From IMG/VR virus record IMGVR_UViG_3300020156_000033, positions 1 through 56,850 of that record: a stretch of DNA of 56,850 nucleotides; one strand, written 5' to 3'. A program made the translations under genes and the position numbers. The notes beneath the pieces were generated by a model. It saw only the letters and a program-made list of their open reading frames with translations, searched no databases and was not told the origin of the DNA. Each line of letters opens with the position of its first letter. Position 1 is the stretch's first letter. Shown piece after piece: positions 1-7,684 of this stretch. Origin of the DNA: a virus (Duplodnaviria > Caudoviricetes).

Positions 1-129
1 CAGCGCCGCTGGGGCCGACGACGCCGCGCGCTACCGCGAGGGCGGGCGGGCGTCCTACTACGCCACCGTCCCCGGGACGCTGTTCGAAGACGGGATCACC
101 ACCTACCCCGCCAAGGCCTACGTGGTGGT
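1..129. repeat. Terminal overlap copy 1 (circular assembly)
   Basis: 4-129 identical to 56725-56850; 1-3 CAG vs 56722-56724 CAT; an ORF reads through the join. Confidence 0.95.
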
Positions 130-253
130 GGCGATCCGCCGGAGCGGCTACCACGAGGGCGACGTCATCGACGTCTACCGCAACGGCGCCGATCAGCCGG
201 ACGGCCGCTACACCGTCGGCCCGCGCGGTGGGCTGACCTGGGAGAAGTACTAG
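1..253 (+). CDS. 3' part of hypothetical protein starting at 56441 (about 177 aa across the circular join)
   Basis: Frame from ATG 56441 stays open through the overlap to TAG 251-253; GC-rich third positions. Confidence 0.8.
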   Translation, partial: SAAGADDAARYREGGRASYYATVPGTLFEDGITTYPAKAYVVVAIRRSGYHEGDVIDVYRNGADQPDGRYTVGPRGGLTWEKY

Positions 254-304
254 GACGAAACGCCCTTCGGGGCGTCCGCAGGTAAGGCCTGCGCTGACGA
301 GTCC
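253..304 (+). ncRNA. Hammerhead ribozyme, type II (HH1)
   Basis: GGAC-GAAA-CGCCC(UUCG)GGGCG-UC-CGCAGG(UAAGG)CCUGCG-CUGACGA-GUCC: full core, three Watson-Crick stems, GUC cleavage triplet 274-276. Confidence 0.93.
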
Positions 305-322
305 GCAGACACGGGAGGGACC

Positions 323-649
323 ATGGATAAGTACGTGATCACGGCAGACGACATCATCGGTGCCAGCCAGGACGCGGGGAGCTTCTTCTTCTCCCCCAGC
401 ACCGTGAGGTTCTGGGGCACGCGCGTCATGAGCCAGGTGTTCGGGGTGCCCGGCGGCGCGGTGTTCGTGACGTCGGAGAACCCCCGCAAGGAGCGGGGAG
501 AGCGCGCCTACACCGTGCGGCTGTTCACCTCTGAGGGGGCCAAGATCCGCACGCTGGGACCGCAGTACGGGCACCGTACCCGCGAGCAGGCGCTGCGCGC
601 CGCCGCCGAGTACGCCCGGATGATCCGCGAGGGTGAGGACGTCGCCTGA
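323..649 (+). CDS. Hypothetical phage protein
   Basis: RBS GGGAGG, ATG, coding-type codon bias. Confidence 0.8.
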   Translation: MDKYVITADDIIGASQDAGSFFFSPSTVRFWGTRVMSQVFGVPGGAVFVTSENPRKERGERAYTVRLFTSEGAKIRTLGPQYGHRTREQALRAAAEYARMIREGEDVA

Positions 650-651
650 CC

Positions 652-852
652 ATGGACATGATCACGGCCGAGAACCTGGGTGCGGGCGACCGCATCCGCA
701 CGCGCAAGGGCTCCGGCACCGTGGAGCAGGTCATCCACACCGAGTCCGGCGTCACCGTGTTCACCCGCGAGGGGTGGACGCAGGGCTTCACCTACGGGCA
801 GCGGGTGGACGGCTTCGCCCGCCCGCGCCCCTCCGCCGAACGCGACTTCTAG
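652..852 (+). CDS. Small hypothetical protein
   Basis: Tight packing, codon bias. Confidence 0.7.
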   Translation: MDMITAENLGAGDRIRTRKGSGTVEQVIHTESGVTVFTREGWTQGFTYGQRVDGFARPRPSAERDF

Positions 853-868
853 AAGGGCAGGACCACCC

Positions 869-1228
869 ATGGATTCCAGGACTCCCCGCATCGAGACCGT
901 ATTCGACACCATCGAGTGGCGCCGGGGCGACCTGGCGTACTACTTCCCCGCGTTCTCCGGTCCCGTCCCGTGTCGCGTGATGGGGCGCATCGGGCACCGC
1001 GCCGTTCTGGTGCGGATCACCGCATCGCGGCCCGGCTACAGCAGGAGCGAATACTGCACGGCGGGGCTGAGCGCCGACGGCGTTTCGGGCGAACTGTACG
1101 CACGCAACGCGGTGCACACCGACCGGGGCCGCTACTACGCGGACAACCACCGCCACGACCTGTCCGGACTGCCGGAGTACGTCCGCTTCGGACCCGGCTT
1201 CCACGAGCGCATGACCACCAACTACTGA
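869..1228 (+). CDS. Hypothetical protein
   Basis: ATG 869 after GCAGGA; codon bias. Confidence 0.7.
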   Translation: MDSRTPRIETVFDTIEWRRGDLAYYFPAFSGPVPCRVMGRIGHRAVLVRITASRPGYSRSEYCTAGLSADGVSGELYARNAVHTDRGRYYADNHRHDLSGLPEYVRFGPGFHERMTTNY

Positions 1229-1244
1229 CAGGGGAGCACCACCC

Positions 1245-1568
1245 ATGGCCACCAACAACGAACTCCTGCGCGAAGCGGCCAAGATCACCGGGGCCCTGCG
1301 CAGCCTGGGGATGGTCGATCAGGACACCGAGGTCGGGATCGATTTCGGGTCTTCGACGCAGGGTGTCAGCTACCGCGCGGTCTACGTGCGCACCGGCCTC
1401 GGTGAGGACGGGGCCCGGCACCACCGGGAGTCGTCTGCCACCCCGGAGTGGGTCGCGGGATACAACGGGCGGATCGGGCGGACGCGGGGAGAGGCCCTGC
1501 ACACCCTGGAGACGGCGCGTGCGGCCCTGTGCGCCGCCTCCCGCGCCAGGACCCTGACCGACTCCTAG
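1245..1568 (+). CDS. Hypothetical protein
   Basis: RBS GGGGAG, codon bias. Confidence 0.75.
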   Translation: MATNNELLREAAKITGALRSLGMVDQDTEVGIDFGSSTQGVSYRAVYVRTGLGEDGARHHRESSATPEWVAGYNGRIGRTRGEALHTLETARAALCAASRARTLTDS

Positions 1569-1572
1569 CACA

Positions 1573-1645
1573 CGTCGAAACGCCGGTACAGCGCCGCCCG
1601 GGTGGTGTGCTGGCGTCTGCGGGTCGTTCCCGCACTGATGAGACG
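1573..1645 (+). ncRNA. Hammerhead ribozyme, type II (HH2)
   Basis: CGUC-GAAA-stem III 1581-1590/1606-1615-UC-UGCGGG(UCGUU)CCCGCA-CUGAUGA-GACG; GUC triplet 1615-1617. Confidence 0.93.
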
Positions 1646-1672
1646 ACGCAACCGGAGAAAGAGGTAGGGCAG

Positions 1673-2308
1673 ATGGCATACCCGGACTACACCACCCACT
1701 GCGACGGGACGTTCCTGATCTTCGACACCGCCAAGCACAACGGCCGGGACGTCGACCCGGCGGAGGTCCGCGAGCACGTCGAGGGCTGCGCCACGTGCGC
1801 GGCGGCGGGGGTGGACCCCGATGACGCGGAGTTCGACGCCCGGACCTACAACGGGGACGTCGACGTCCCCTCCGACGACGAGTGCGCGTGCCGACTGGCC
1901 GGTGCGGCGGTGGCGGACCGCGTCCTCGCGGGTGCGGAGGTGCTGAAGCAGGTCTACGGCGCCGACTTCTACACCCGCATCGACACGGACAGGCTGGACG
2001 TCCAGAGCCTCTGCGACTGCGTCCTGGTGCAGCTGGGGAAGGGCCGCTCCGTGTTCGGCATGGACTCCGGCTCCCTTGTCGGCCTGGTGTCCTTCACCGA
2101 GATGGCGGAAGAGATCAAGTGCGCCGCCGTCGATGGGGTGTTCGGCTACGACACCGCCGACGGCAAGGTTGAGACGTGCTGCATGGGCTTCGACGGCGGG
2201 CGCGCAAGCGAAACGGAGTACGACGCCTACAGCGCCGACTGCGCGGAGCTGACGGCGGAGTGGAAGAAGCTGATCACCGACTGGCGCCGGTGGTCCGAAC
2301 TGGTCTGA
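1673..2308 (+). CDS. Hypothetical acidic, Cys-rich protein
   Basis: RBS GAGGTAGGGC then ATG 1673; upstream ORF extension overlaps the ribozyme and was rejected. Confidence 0.75.
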   Translation: MAYPDYTTHCDGTFLIFDTAKHNGRDVDPAEVREHVEGCATCAAAGVDPDDAEFDARTYNGDVDVPSDDECACRLAGAAVADRVLAGAEVLKQVYGADFYTRIDTDRLDVQSLCDCVLVQLGKGRSVFGMDSGSLVGLVSFTEMAEEIKCAAVDGVFGYDTADGKVETCCMGFDGGRASETEYDAYSADCAELTAEWKKLITDWRRWSELV

Positions 2309-2324
2309 GCCGGAAGCGCAGTCC

Positions 2325-2366
2325 GAGCACACCCCCTGCCCCGGAGCATCCGCAGGGGGTGTGCTC
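2325..2366 (+). terminator. Intergenic hairpin (terminator or processing site)
   Basis: Perfect 15-bp inverted repeat GAGCACACCCCCTGC/GCAGGGGGTGTGCTC, no U tail. Confidence 0.55.
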
Positions 2367-2417
2367 CACTGCGCCGCCGGGCGCATAACCACGACGACGG
2401 GCAAGGGAGAGGTGGGC

Positions 2418-2873
2418 ATGCGAGGCGATGTGAACGACCGGATCATAGAGCACGTCGAGCACCGGATGGACAGCCTGCGGCAATGCGGGACGATCGGGGA
2501 GGTCGCCGAGTTCCTGCGGAATGCGCGGATCACGGGGCTCCCCCGGCGGTCGGGTGTGTGCCCGGTCGCCATGTGGATTCGCACCGGTGCACCGGCACTG
2601 CTGGGACTGCACGACGTCGAGGTCGCACCGCCACTGGTCACCATCACGTACAACCTCCTGGAGGCGTGCGGGTGCGGATGCGGTAGCGACGGGGACGAAC
2701 CCGAGCCGTTGCTGCACGAGGTGCAGACGAACGCCGTCATCGACGCGTTCGTTGAGCGCTTCGATGACGACGACGACTTCGCGCCGCAGCTGCGCGCGGA
2801 CGACGACTACATCGGCACGCACGGGTTCTACACCGGGTTCGCCCGGCAGTGGCAGCGGGAGCGGGGACAGTGA
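2418..2873 (+). CDS. Hypothetical protein, paralogue of next gene
   Basis: RBS GGAGAGG; shares VAxF-R--I-G---CP-A motif with 2873-3424. Confidence 0.75.
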   Translation: MRGDVNDRIIEHVEHRMDSLRQCGTIGEVAEFLRNARITGLPRRSGVCPVAMWIRTGAPALLGLHDVEVAPPLVTITYNLLEACGCGCGSDGDEPEPLLHEVQTNAVIDAFVERFDDDDDFAPQLRADDDYIGTHGFYTGFARQWQRERGQ

Positions 2874-3424
2874 TGGATACGAAGACCAAGGAGCGCATCC
2901 GGTTGAAGGCGGACGCCGGGTTGGCGGTACTGCTGGCGTCGGAGGAAGTGCTGAAGGCACCGAGCCCCAGCCTGGGAGTGGCGAAGTTCTTCCGCGCCCG
3001 GGGGATCAGGGGTGAGCGCGACGACGCGCGGACGTGCCCGACCGCGCAGTACTTGCGGGAATGCGTCGAAGACGCGTACGGCATCAACCCCGTGGTGTTC
3101 AACGAGACGATCTCGTTCTGCCGGAACGAGGCGGTGGTCAAGGTCGTGTCCATGCCGACCCCCGCCGCCGTACGGGAGTTCGAGCGGGACATGGGCGCGG
3201 GTGTCTACCCGGACCTGGACACGTCGGTCCGCCGCGATCCCTTTGCGGAAGACAGCGACAACCACTACATCGTGGAACCGACGGAATCCCAAGGGCGGGA
3301 GTACACGGTGTGGCGGGTGAACTGCATCGGGCAGCGCTGGTTCATCGCCTCCTACACCGGTGCCGACACCGCCGTGCGGCTGTGCTCGGTGATGAACCAG
3401 TTCGCCCACACGGAAGTGGTCTAG
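2873..3424 (+). CDS. Hypothetical protein, paralogue of previous gene
   Basis: TGATG coupling; shared motifs. Confidence 0.75.
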   Translation: MDTKTKERIRLKADAGLAVLLASEEVLKAPSPSLGVAKFFRARGIRGERDDARTCPTAQYLRECVEDAYGINPVVFNETISFCRNEAVVKVVSMPTPAAVREFERDMGAGVYPDLDTSVRRDPFAEDSDNHYIVEPTESQGREYTVWRVNCIGQRWFIASYTGADTAVRLCSVMNQFAHTEVV

Positions 3425-3507
3425 ACCATTCGGTGATCTGAGAGCGCGCGGACCTGCGGGCCCGCGCGTTCGACTGCCCATCGAAGGCACGTGGACGGAG
3501 GAAGGGC

Positions 3508-3735
3508 ATGGCCAGTGAGTGGAAGGAACTGCGGCGCGAGGACGACGACCGCCGGTACCTGATCGAGCACAGCGGGACCCCGGAGCTGATCATCAGCGCG
3601 TGGTTCTCCTACGACGACGGGATGCGCACCGCTGCGTGGAACGAGCTGCGTCGGCGGCGGGAGCGCGGGGAGCTGGACGCTCCGCAGCTCAGCGAGCTTG
3701 CCGACATCGACAAGCACAACCTGGGAGAGGGATGA
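3508..3735 (+). CDS. Hypothetical protein
   Basis: RBS GGAGGAAGG, codon bias. Confidence 0.7.
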   Translation: MASEWKELRREDDDRRYLIEHSGTPELIISAWFSYDDGMRTAAWNELRRRRERGELDAPQLSELADIDKHNLGEG

Positions 3736-3737
3736 CG

Positions 3738-3923
3738 ATGCGTGAGGGAGTGGAGATGAGCGTGGGCAGACTGCTCGTGCTGGTGGTGGCGCTGGCCGCC
3801 TTCATCGGGATCGTGTTCGCCAGCGTGGCGGCGGAGGTCGCGGCCGGACCGGAGCCCATCGGCGCCGATGCGGAGGGGACGGTCTACATCGACCCGACCG
3901 ACCGCACCAGCGGAGGTGAGTAG
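3738..3923 (+). CDS. Small membrane protein
   Basis: Hydrophobic LLVLVVALAAFIGIVFASVAA; start uncertain (3732/3738/3756). Confidence 0.65.
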   Translation: MREGVEMSVGRLLVLVVALAAFIGIVFASVAAEVAAGPEPIGADAEGTVYIDPTDRTSGGE

Positions 3924-3925
3924 CT

Positions 3926-4498
3926 GTGCTCGAACTGCTGAAGATGGCCGTGGTCTACGCAGGCCCGTCCGCACTCCTGTGCGGCCTGATCTACTGGCTC
4001 ACCCGGCCCCCGACCCCTGCCACCGGTGATGGGGAGCCCGAGGTGTCCGGCGCACCCGGTGCGCAGACTCCGTCCATCGGCGTGGTCGGTGACCACGTCG
4101 GCGGCTACTACCTCGCCGACGCGGACGGCACCGCCAGGCACCAGGTCAGCCAGGCTGCCCATGCGGGAGACCTGGACCCCCGGGACCGCGCGCTGACTGA
4201 GATGCTGAAGGGTGCGCAGTTCGGCGACGGGGTGTCCATCACCCTGCCGAGCGGGACCGTGGTGGATGGATCGCAGATGCGCCAGCTCCAGCATCAGCGG
4301 ATATGCGAAGAAGCCATGGACCGCAGGGAACTCAGGGAGCAGATGCGGCTGGAGCACAAGGTCTGGAACGACGCGTTCAACAGAAAGATCCAGGCGCTGA
4401 TCAAGTCGGGTGCGAGCGGTGCCGACATCGCCGAGTTCAGCCAGACCGAGATGGCGAAGCGGAAGCAGTACGAGCGGGAACGACGCAACGGAGAGTGA
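3926..4498 (+). CDS. Membrane-anchored hypothetical protein
   Basis: RBS GGAGG; N-terminal TM segment, charged helical C-terminus. Confidence 0.7.
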   Translation: MLELLKMAVVYAGPSALLCGLIYWLTRPPTPATGDGEPEVSGAPGAQTPSIGVVGDHVGGYYLADADGTARHQVSQAAHAGDLDPRDRALTEMLKGAQFGDGVSITLPSGTVVDGSQMRQLQHQRICEEAMDRRELREQMRLEHKVWNDAFNRKIQALIKSGASGADIAEFSQTEMAKRKQYERERRNGE

Positions 4499-4502
4499 CG
4501 GC

Positions 4503-4643
4503 ATGGGCATGGAGCTTCTGATCTTCGGCGCCGGGATGGCCTACGCCTCGCTGTTGTGGGCCTTCCTCAACCTGTGCTCGTGGCTGGCGGGCACCTATGC
4601 TTCCGGCGGAAAGGTCCCCGGACCCGGGGCGCATCGGTCCTGA
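4503..4643 (+). CDS. Small membrane protein (46 aa)
   Basis: MGMELLIFGAGMAYASLLWAFLNL; fills gap between genes. Confidence 0.6.
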   Translation: MGMELLIFGAGMAYASLLWAFLNLCSWLAGTYASGGKVPGPGAHRS

Positions 4644-4723
4644 GGCAGGACGTCGGGCGGCGGTCGCGTGGGGCACCGCCGCCCTTCGTCTCGGTTCAGT
4701 AACGATCGGGAGAGAGGACGGAC

Positions 4724-5107
4724 ATGGACAACAAGGTCACGAAGAAGGCGAAGACCCGGAACGGGATGCGCGTTCGCTACCGCAGCGACGACGGCGTCCT
4801 GTGGGTCGTGCTCGACGCCGAACACGGCGACCCCATCGCGCACGCCTCGCTGAGTATGGCGGGCTACCCCACCGTGGTCTCCCTCAAGGGGCGATGGCGC
4901 CCGTTCCGGGCCGAGACCCTGGAGAAGGGCGCCATCCTGGCGGTGGAGAAGCAGGAGCGCTGGAAGCGGGACGTCCTGGCGGAGGTCGCCGACAACGGGC
5001 GCCGCTACGCCGGTGCGTCGGCGGCCCTGGGCTACAACCGGGGGCCGTACAGCAGCGGTTCCGTGGCCACGGCGAAGTGGCACGGGCAGCGGCGGTCGGC
5101 GCCGTGA
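4724..5107 (+). CDS. Hypothetical protein
   Basis: RBS GAGAGGA, codon bias. Confidence 0.75.
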   Translation: MDNKVTKKAKTRNGMRVRYRSDDGVLWVVLDAEHGDPIAHASLSMAGYPTVVSLKGRWRPFRAETLEKGAILAVEKQERWKRDVLAEVADNGRRYAGASAALGYNRGPYSSGSVATAKWHGQRRSAP

Positions 5108-5226
5108 GCGAGGACACGCTGGACGTCGAAGGCGTCCGGGACTGCCCCGCGTGCAAGGGCAGGGGCACCGCCGCCGACGGTTCGCTGTGCCAGACGTGCG
5201 GCGGAAGCACCGTGCAGGCCAAGTAG
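5104..5226 (+). CDS. 40-aa DnaJ-type zinc-finger microprotein
   Basis: GTGA coupling; CPACKGRG...CQTCGGS. Confidence 0.65.
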   Translation: MSEDTLDVEGVRDCPACKGRGTAADGSLCQTCGGSTVQAK

Positions 5227-5254
5227 CACACCACCATTGGAGAGGTTGAAGGAC

Positions 5255-5710
5255 ATGGGCAGGAAGATCAAGGCGGAGGCGGTACTCCCGGGGATCAGCG
5301 TGTGGCTGAACCTGGACGGCTCCCCCAACGGCCGGTCGCGCTACATCGTGGTCGAGGTCAGCGACCTGGAGCCGGGCACGGACACGGTGGAACTGGGGGT
5401 CATCACCTTCTACCAGTCGGTGACCCCCGACACCACGGTGAAGAACGTGGTCCTGCGGCGGGAGTTCCCCGTGGAGGTGGCCGAGACCAGCTGGAGCAAG
5501 GGCGTGCCGCAGGACTACCGCATCAAGGTCATGGAGCGGTTGGGCCGGGCGGGCGCCCACCTCTACACCTACAACCCGACGGGCAAGCTGAACGGTGAGC
5601 GCCACGTCTTCGAGCACCCGCACCGGGAGGGCGCCGCCAGCGGCGGATGGCTCAGCACCTTCGTGCTGCGCAAGCGGACCGACCACTACATGACGGGGAT
5701 CGTGCGATGA
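5255..5710 (+). CDS. Hypothetical protein
   Basis: RBS GAGAGG/GAAGGA, codon bias. Confidence 0.7.
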   Translation: MGRKIKAEAVLPGISVWLNLDGSPNGRSRYIVVEVSDLEPGTDTVELGVITFYQSVTPDTTVKNVVLRREFPVEVAETSWSKGVPQDYRIKVMERLGRAGAHLYTYNPTGKLNGERHVFEHPHREGAASGGWLSTFVLRKRTDHYMTGIVR

Positions 5711-6012
5711 ACCCGGACGGTGTGGAGTCGGACGACGAGCGCGGGGAGAAGGCGGTCGTGTACGTGGTCGTGCCCGCTTCGAAGGTCCGCATCCGGACCG
5801 AGGCGTACGGCGGTGGGATGAGCGCGCTGAATCAGGCGCAGGCCCTGGCCGGGCGGCTGGCGCAGGACGAACGCGAGGACTACTGCGTCTTCCAGGTGCG
5901 GGAGCACCGCCCGGGGGAGGTCGGCCTGCGGGCCGTCTACCACGGCGTGACCCTGAAGGTGCAGGACACCGAGGGCCTGCCTCTGGCCTACGGCGACGAA
6001 GAGGAGGACTGA
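5707..6012 (+). CDS. Hypothetical protein
   Basis: ATGA coupling, codon bias. Confidence 0.7.
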   Translation: MNPDGVESDDERGEKAVVYVVVPASKVRIRTEAYGGGMSALNQAQALAGRLAQDEREDYCVFQVREHRPGEVGLRAVYHGVTLKVQDTEGLPLAYGDEEED

Positions 6013-6015
6013 GGG

Positions 6016-6453
6016 ATGGGCAGCAGGACCACCTTGGCACAGGCGGAGGACTGCATCCGGCGGCGCGAGCCGTTCGCGGTCAGCGCCACGCACTACATGC
6101 GCGAGTCCACGGGCGTGCGGTTCAGCTTCCAGGGACTCCTGCGTCCGGACGCCCGCACCGTCGGCGACTGCGGTCTGCTCCCCCTCCACTGCGCGCGGGA
6201 ACTGGTGGAGCACATGCTGGAGTACCCGGGGGCGGTGCGCTACCTGGTCCTCAGCTACGAGACGCCGATCGCCTGGGAACTGGAGTCCGGCGGCGCCGTG
6301 TGCATGCCGCCGTACCGCTACTCCCCCACCACCAACAGCCACCAGGGCATCGCAGCCCGAGCGCTGGGAGTGGGGAAGTGGGACAGCTGGGACAAGCTCC
6401 CGGTACGCATACCGGGCAAGGCGCCCGGCTGGCAGGACAGGGAGCGTGGTTGA
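6016..6453 (+). CDS. Hypothetical phage protein
   Basis: YLVLSYETPIAW...YSPTTNSHQ motif recalled from phage early proteins. Confidence 0.75.
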   Translation: MGSRTTLAQAEDCIRRREPFAVSATHYMRESTGVRFSFQGLLRPDARTVGDCGLLPLHCARELVEHMLEYPGAVRYLVLSYETPIAWELESGGAVCMPPYRYSPTTNSHQGIAARALGVGKWDSWDKLPVRIPGKAPGWQDRERG

Positions 6454-6456
6454 GGA

Positions 6457-6597
6457 ATGGGAGCACCGATGTGCGAGCAGTGCCGGAGCCGTCCCGCTGA
6501 GGTGCTGCTGCACCAGGGCACCGGCCCGGTCGTGAAGGTCTGCCGGACGTGCGCCGACGCGCACTGGGAGCAGGGGCCCAAGCCCCGCAAGGGCTGA
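6457..6597 (+). CDS. 46-aa CxxC/CxxC microprotein
   Basis: CEQC...CRTC; fills gap; not in ORF track (<60 aa). Confidence 0.6.
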   Translation: MGAPMCEQCRSRPAEVLLHQGTGPVVKVCRTCADAHWEQGPKPRKG

Positions 6598-6651
6598 GCC
6601 CTTCTGGAGACGGCACGGTCACCGCGCCCGTGCCGTCGAAGAAGGAGTTCA
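6595..6651 (+). ncRNA. Conserved intergenic RNA hairpin, copy 1
   Basis: TGAGCCCTTCTGGA-10-bp stem-GAAGAAGGAGTTCA; covaries with copy 2. Confidence 0.75.
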
Positions 6652-6668
6652 CCACGGGAAGGACGGAC

Positions 6669-6989
6669 ATGGATGTACGCGACGACTGGCCCTTCATCGC
6701 GGCGGCGCTGGCCGTCGGGGGTGTGCTGACCCTCAGCGGGTTCGCCGTTTGGGACCGCTTCACCGCACCCGTGCGGGGCGAAGTCATCGACACCGAGCAC
6801 ACCGGGGCCTACACCTCGGTGGTCAACAACTGCAACCGCAACGTCTGCACGCCGATCGTCACCAACCACCCCGAATCGTGGTCCCTGCGCCTGAGGGACG
6901 GAGACGAGACCGGGTGGCGGGACGTCAGCGAGCACGCCTACGAGAGCTGCGGGATCGGGGACCACTACGATCGCTGCACTCGCGACTGA
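6669..6989 (+). CDS. Membrane-anchored or exported protein
   Basis: ACGGGAAGG RBS; N-terminal TM; paired Cys. Confidence 0.75.
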   Translation: MDVRDDWPFIAAALAVGGVLTLSGFAVWDRFTAPVRGEVIDTEHTGAYTSVVNNCNRNVCTPIVTNHPESWSLRLRDGDETGWRDVSEHAYESCGIGDHYDRCTRD

Positions 6990-7050
6990 GCCCTTCTGGA
7001 GGCGGCGCGGGCACAGCCCCGCCGGTCCGCGCCGCCGAAGAAGGAGTTCA
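6987..7050 (+). ncRNA. Conserved intergenic RNA hairpin, copy 2
   Basis: Same 14-nt flanks; stem GGCGGCGCGG/CCGCGCCGCC with two compensatory changes. Confidence 0.75.
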
Positions 7051-7073
7051 GCACACCCACGGGAAGGGACACC

Positions 7074-7304
7074 ATGAGCAGCAGGAACAACTGGCGCCGC
7101 CGGGTAAGCCGGGAGATGCGCCCCATCGCCGAGAGGGCGCTGGAGCAGGGCTGGACCATCGACTGGAGCACGGGCAAGCACCAGGTCTGGACGAGCCCCG
7201 AAGGAGGCCGGGTCCGTGTACCCTGCACGCCATCCGACCGCAGGTCGGAGCGCAATACGATCGCCGAGCTGCGCCGGATGGGGCTGGATCTCGGCCGACA
7301 ATGA
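7074..7304 (+). CDS. hicA: HicA-like (dsRBD-fold) mRNA interferase family protein
   Basis: QGWTIDWSTGKHQVWTSPEGGRVRVPCTPSD..N...LRR matches HicA GxH pattern. Confidence 0.7.
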   Translation: MSSRNNWRRRVSREMRPIAERALEQGWTIDWSTGKHQVWTSPEGGRVRVPCTPSDRRSERNTIAELRRMGLDLGRQ

Positions 7305-7316
7305 GAGGCGGACGCC

Positions 7317-7553
7317 ATGAGCGGGACGCAGGAGTACGTCGGGATGTCGGTGGTCGCCTCGCTGCTGGGCGTGAGCCGCCAGCACGTGGCCAAGCTGTAC
7401 GAGCGGTACCGGGACGACCCCGACCACCCGTTCCCCGCCCCCGAGGCCGTCACCGTGTCGCAGGGCAAGCGGGTACCCGGGTGGTCGGCGTCCTCGGTGG
7501 ACGCCGTCGTGTGCTGGTACCGGGAGTACCGGAAGGGGGGCGGCGATGCCTGA
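7317..7553 (+). CDS. Helix-turn-helix DNA-binding protein (AlpA/excisionase-like)
   Basis: VASLLGVSRQHV; FPAP...PGW. Confidence 0.7.
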   Translation: MSGTQEYVGMSVVASLLGVSRQHVAKLYERYRDDPDHPFPAPEAVTVSQGKRVPGWSASSVDAVVCWYREYRKGGGDA

Positions 7554-7665
7554 ATGCCCGAGCTGCGGCTCTGAGCTGGACGTTTACGAGGATGCCCACG
7601 GCACGGTGTACCAGTGCCACGACATGGGGTGCTTGTCGCTGTTCGCAGACGACGAGATCGAATGA
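7546..7665 (+). CDS. 39-aa zinc-ribbon microprotein
   Basis: MPECPSCG...CHDMGC; overlaps previous stop. Confidence 0.6.
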   Translation: MPECPSCGSELDVYEDAHGTVYQCHDMGCLSLFADDEIE

Positions 7666-7684
7666 GCGAGTAGAGAGGTAGGGC

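Noticed and set aside
1-129. Biological terminal direct repeat
   Set aside because: It falls in mid-ORF and its length is typical of an assembler overlap on a circular contig
3436-3473. Third hammerhead at CUGAGAG...stem...GA
   Set aside because: No GAAA after the stem and no stem I/III arrangement
6595-7050. Integron attC sites or CRISPR repeats
   Set aside because: No RYYYAAC/GTTRRRY cores, no integrase or cas operon, only two copies; the G-U pair favours a plus-strand RNA
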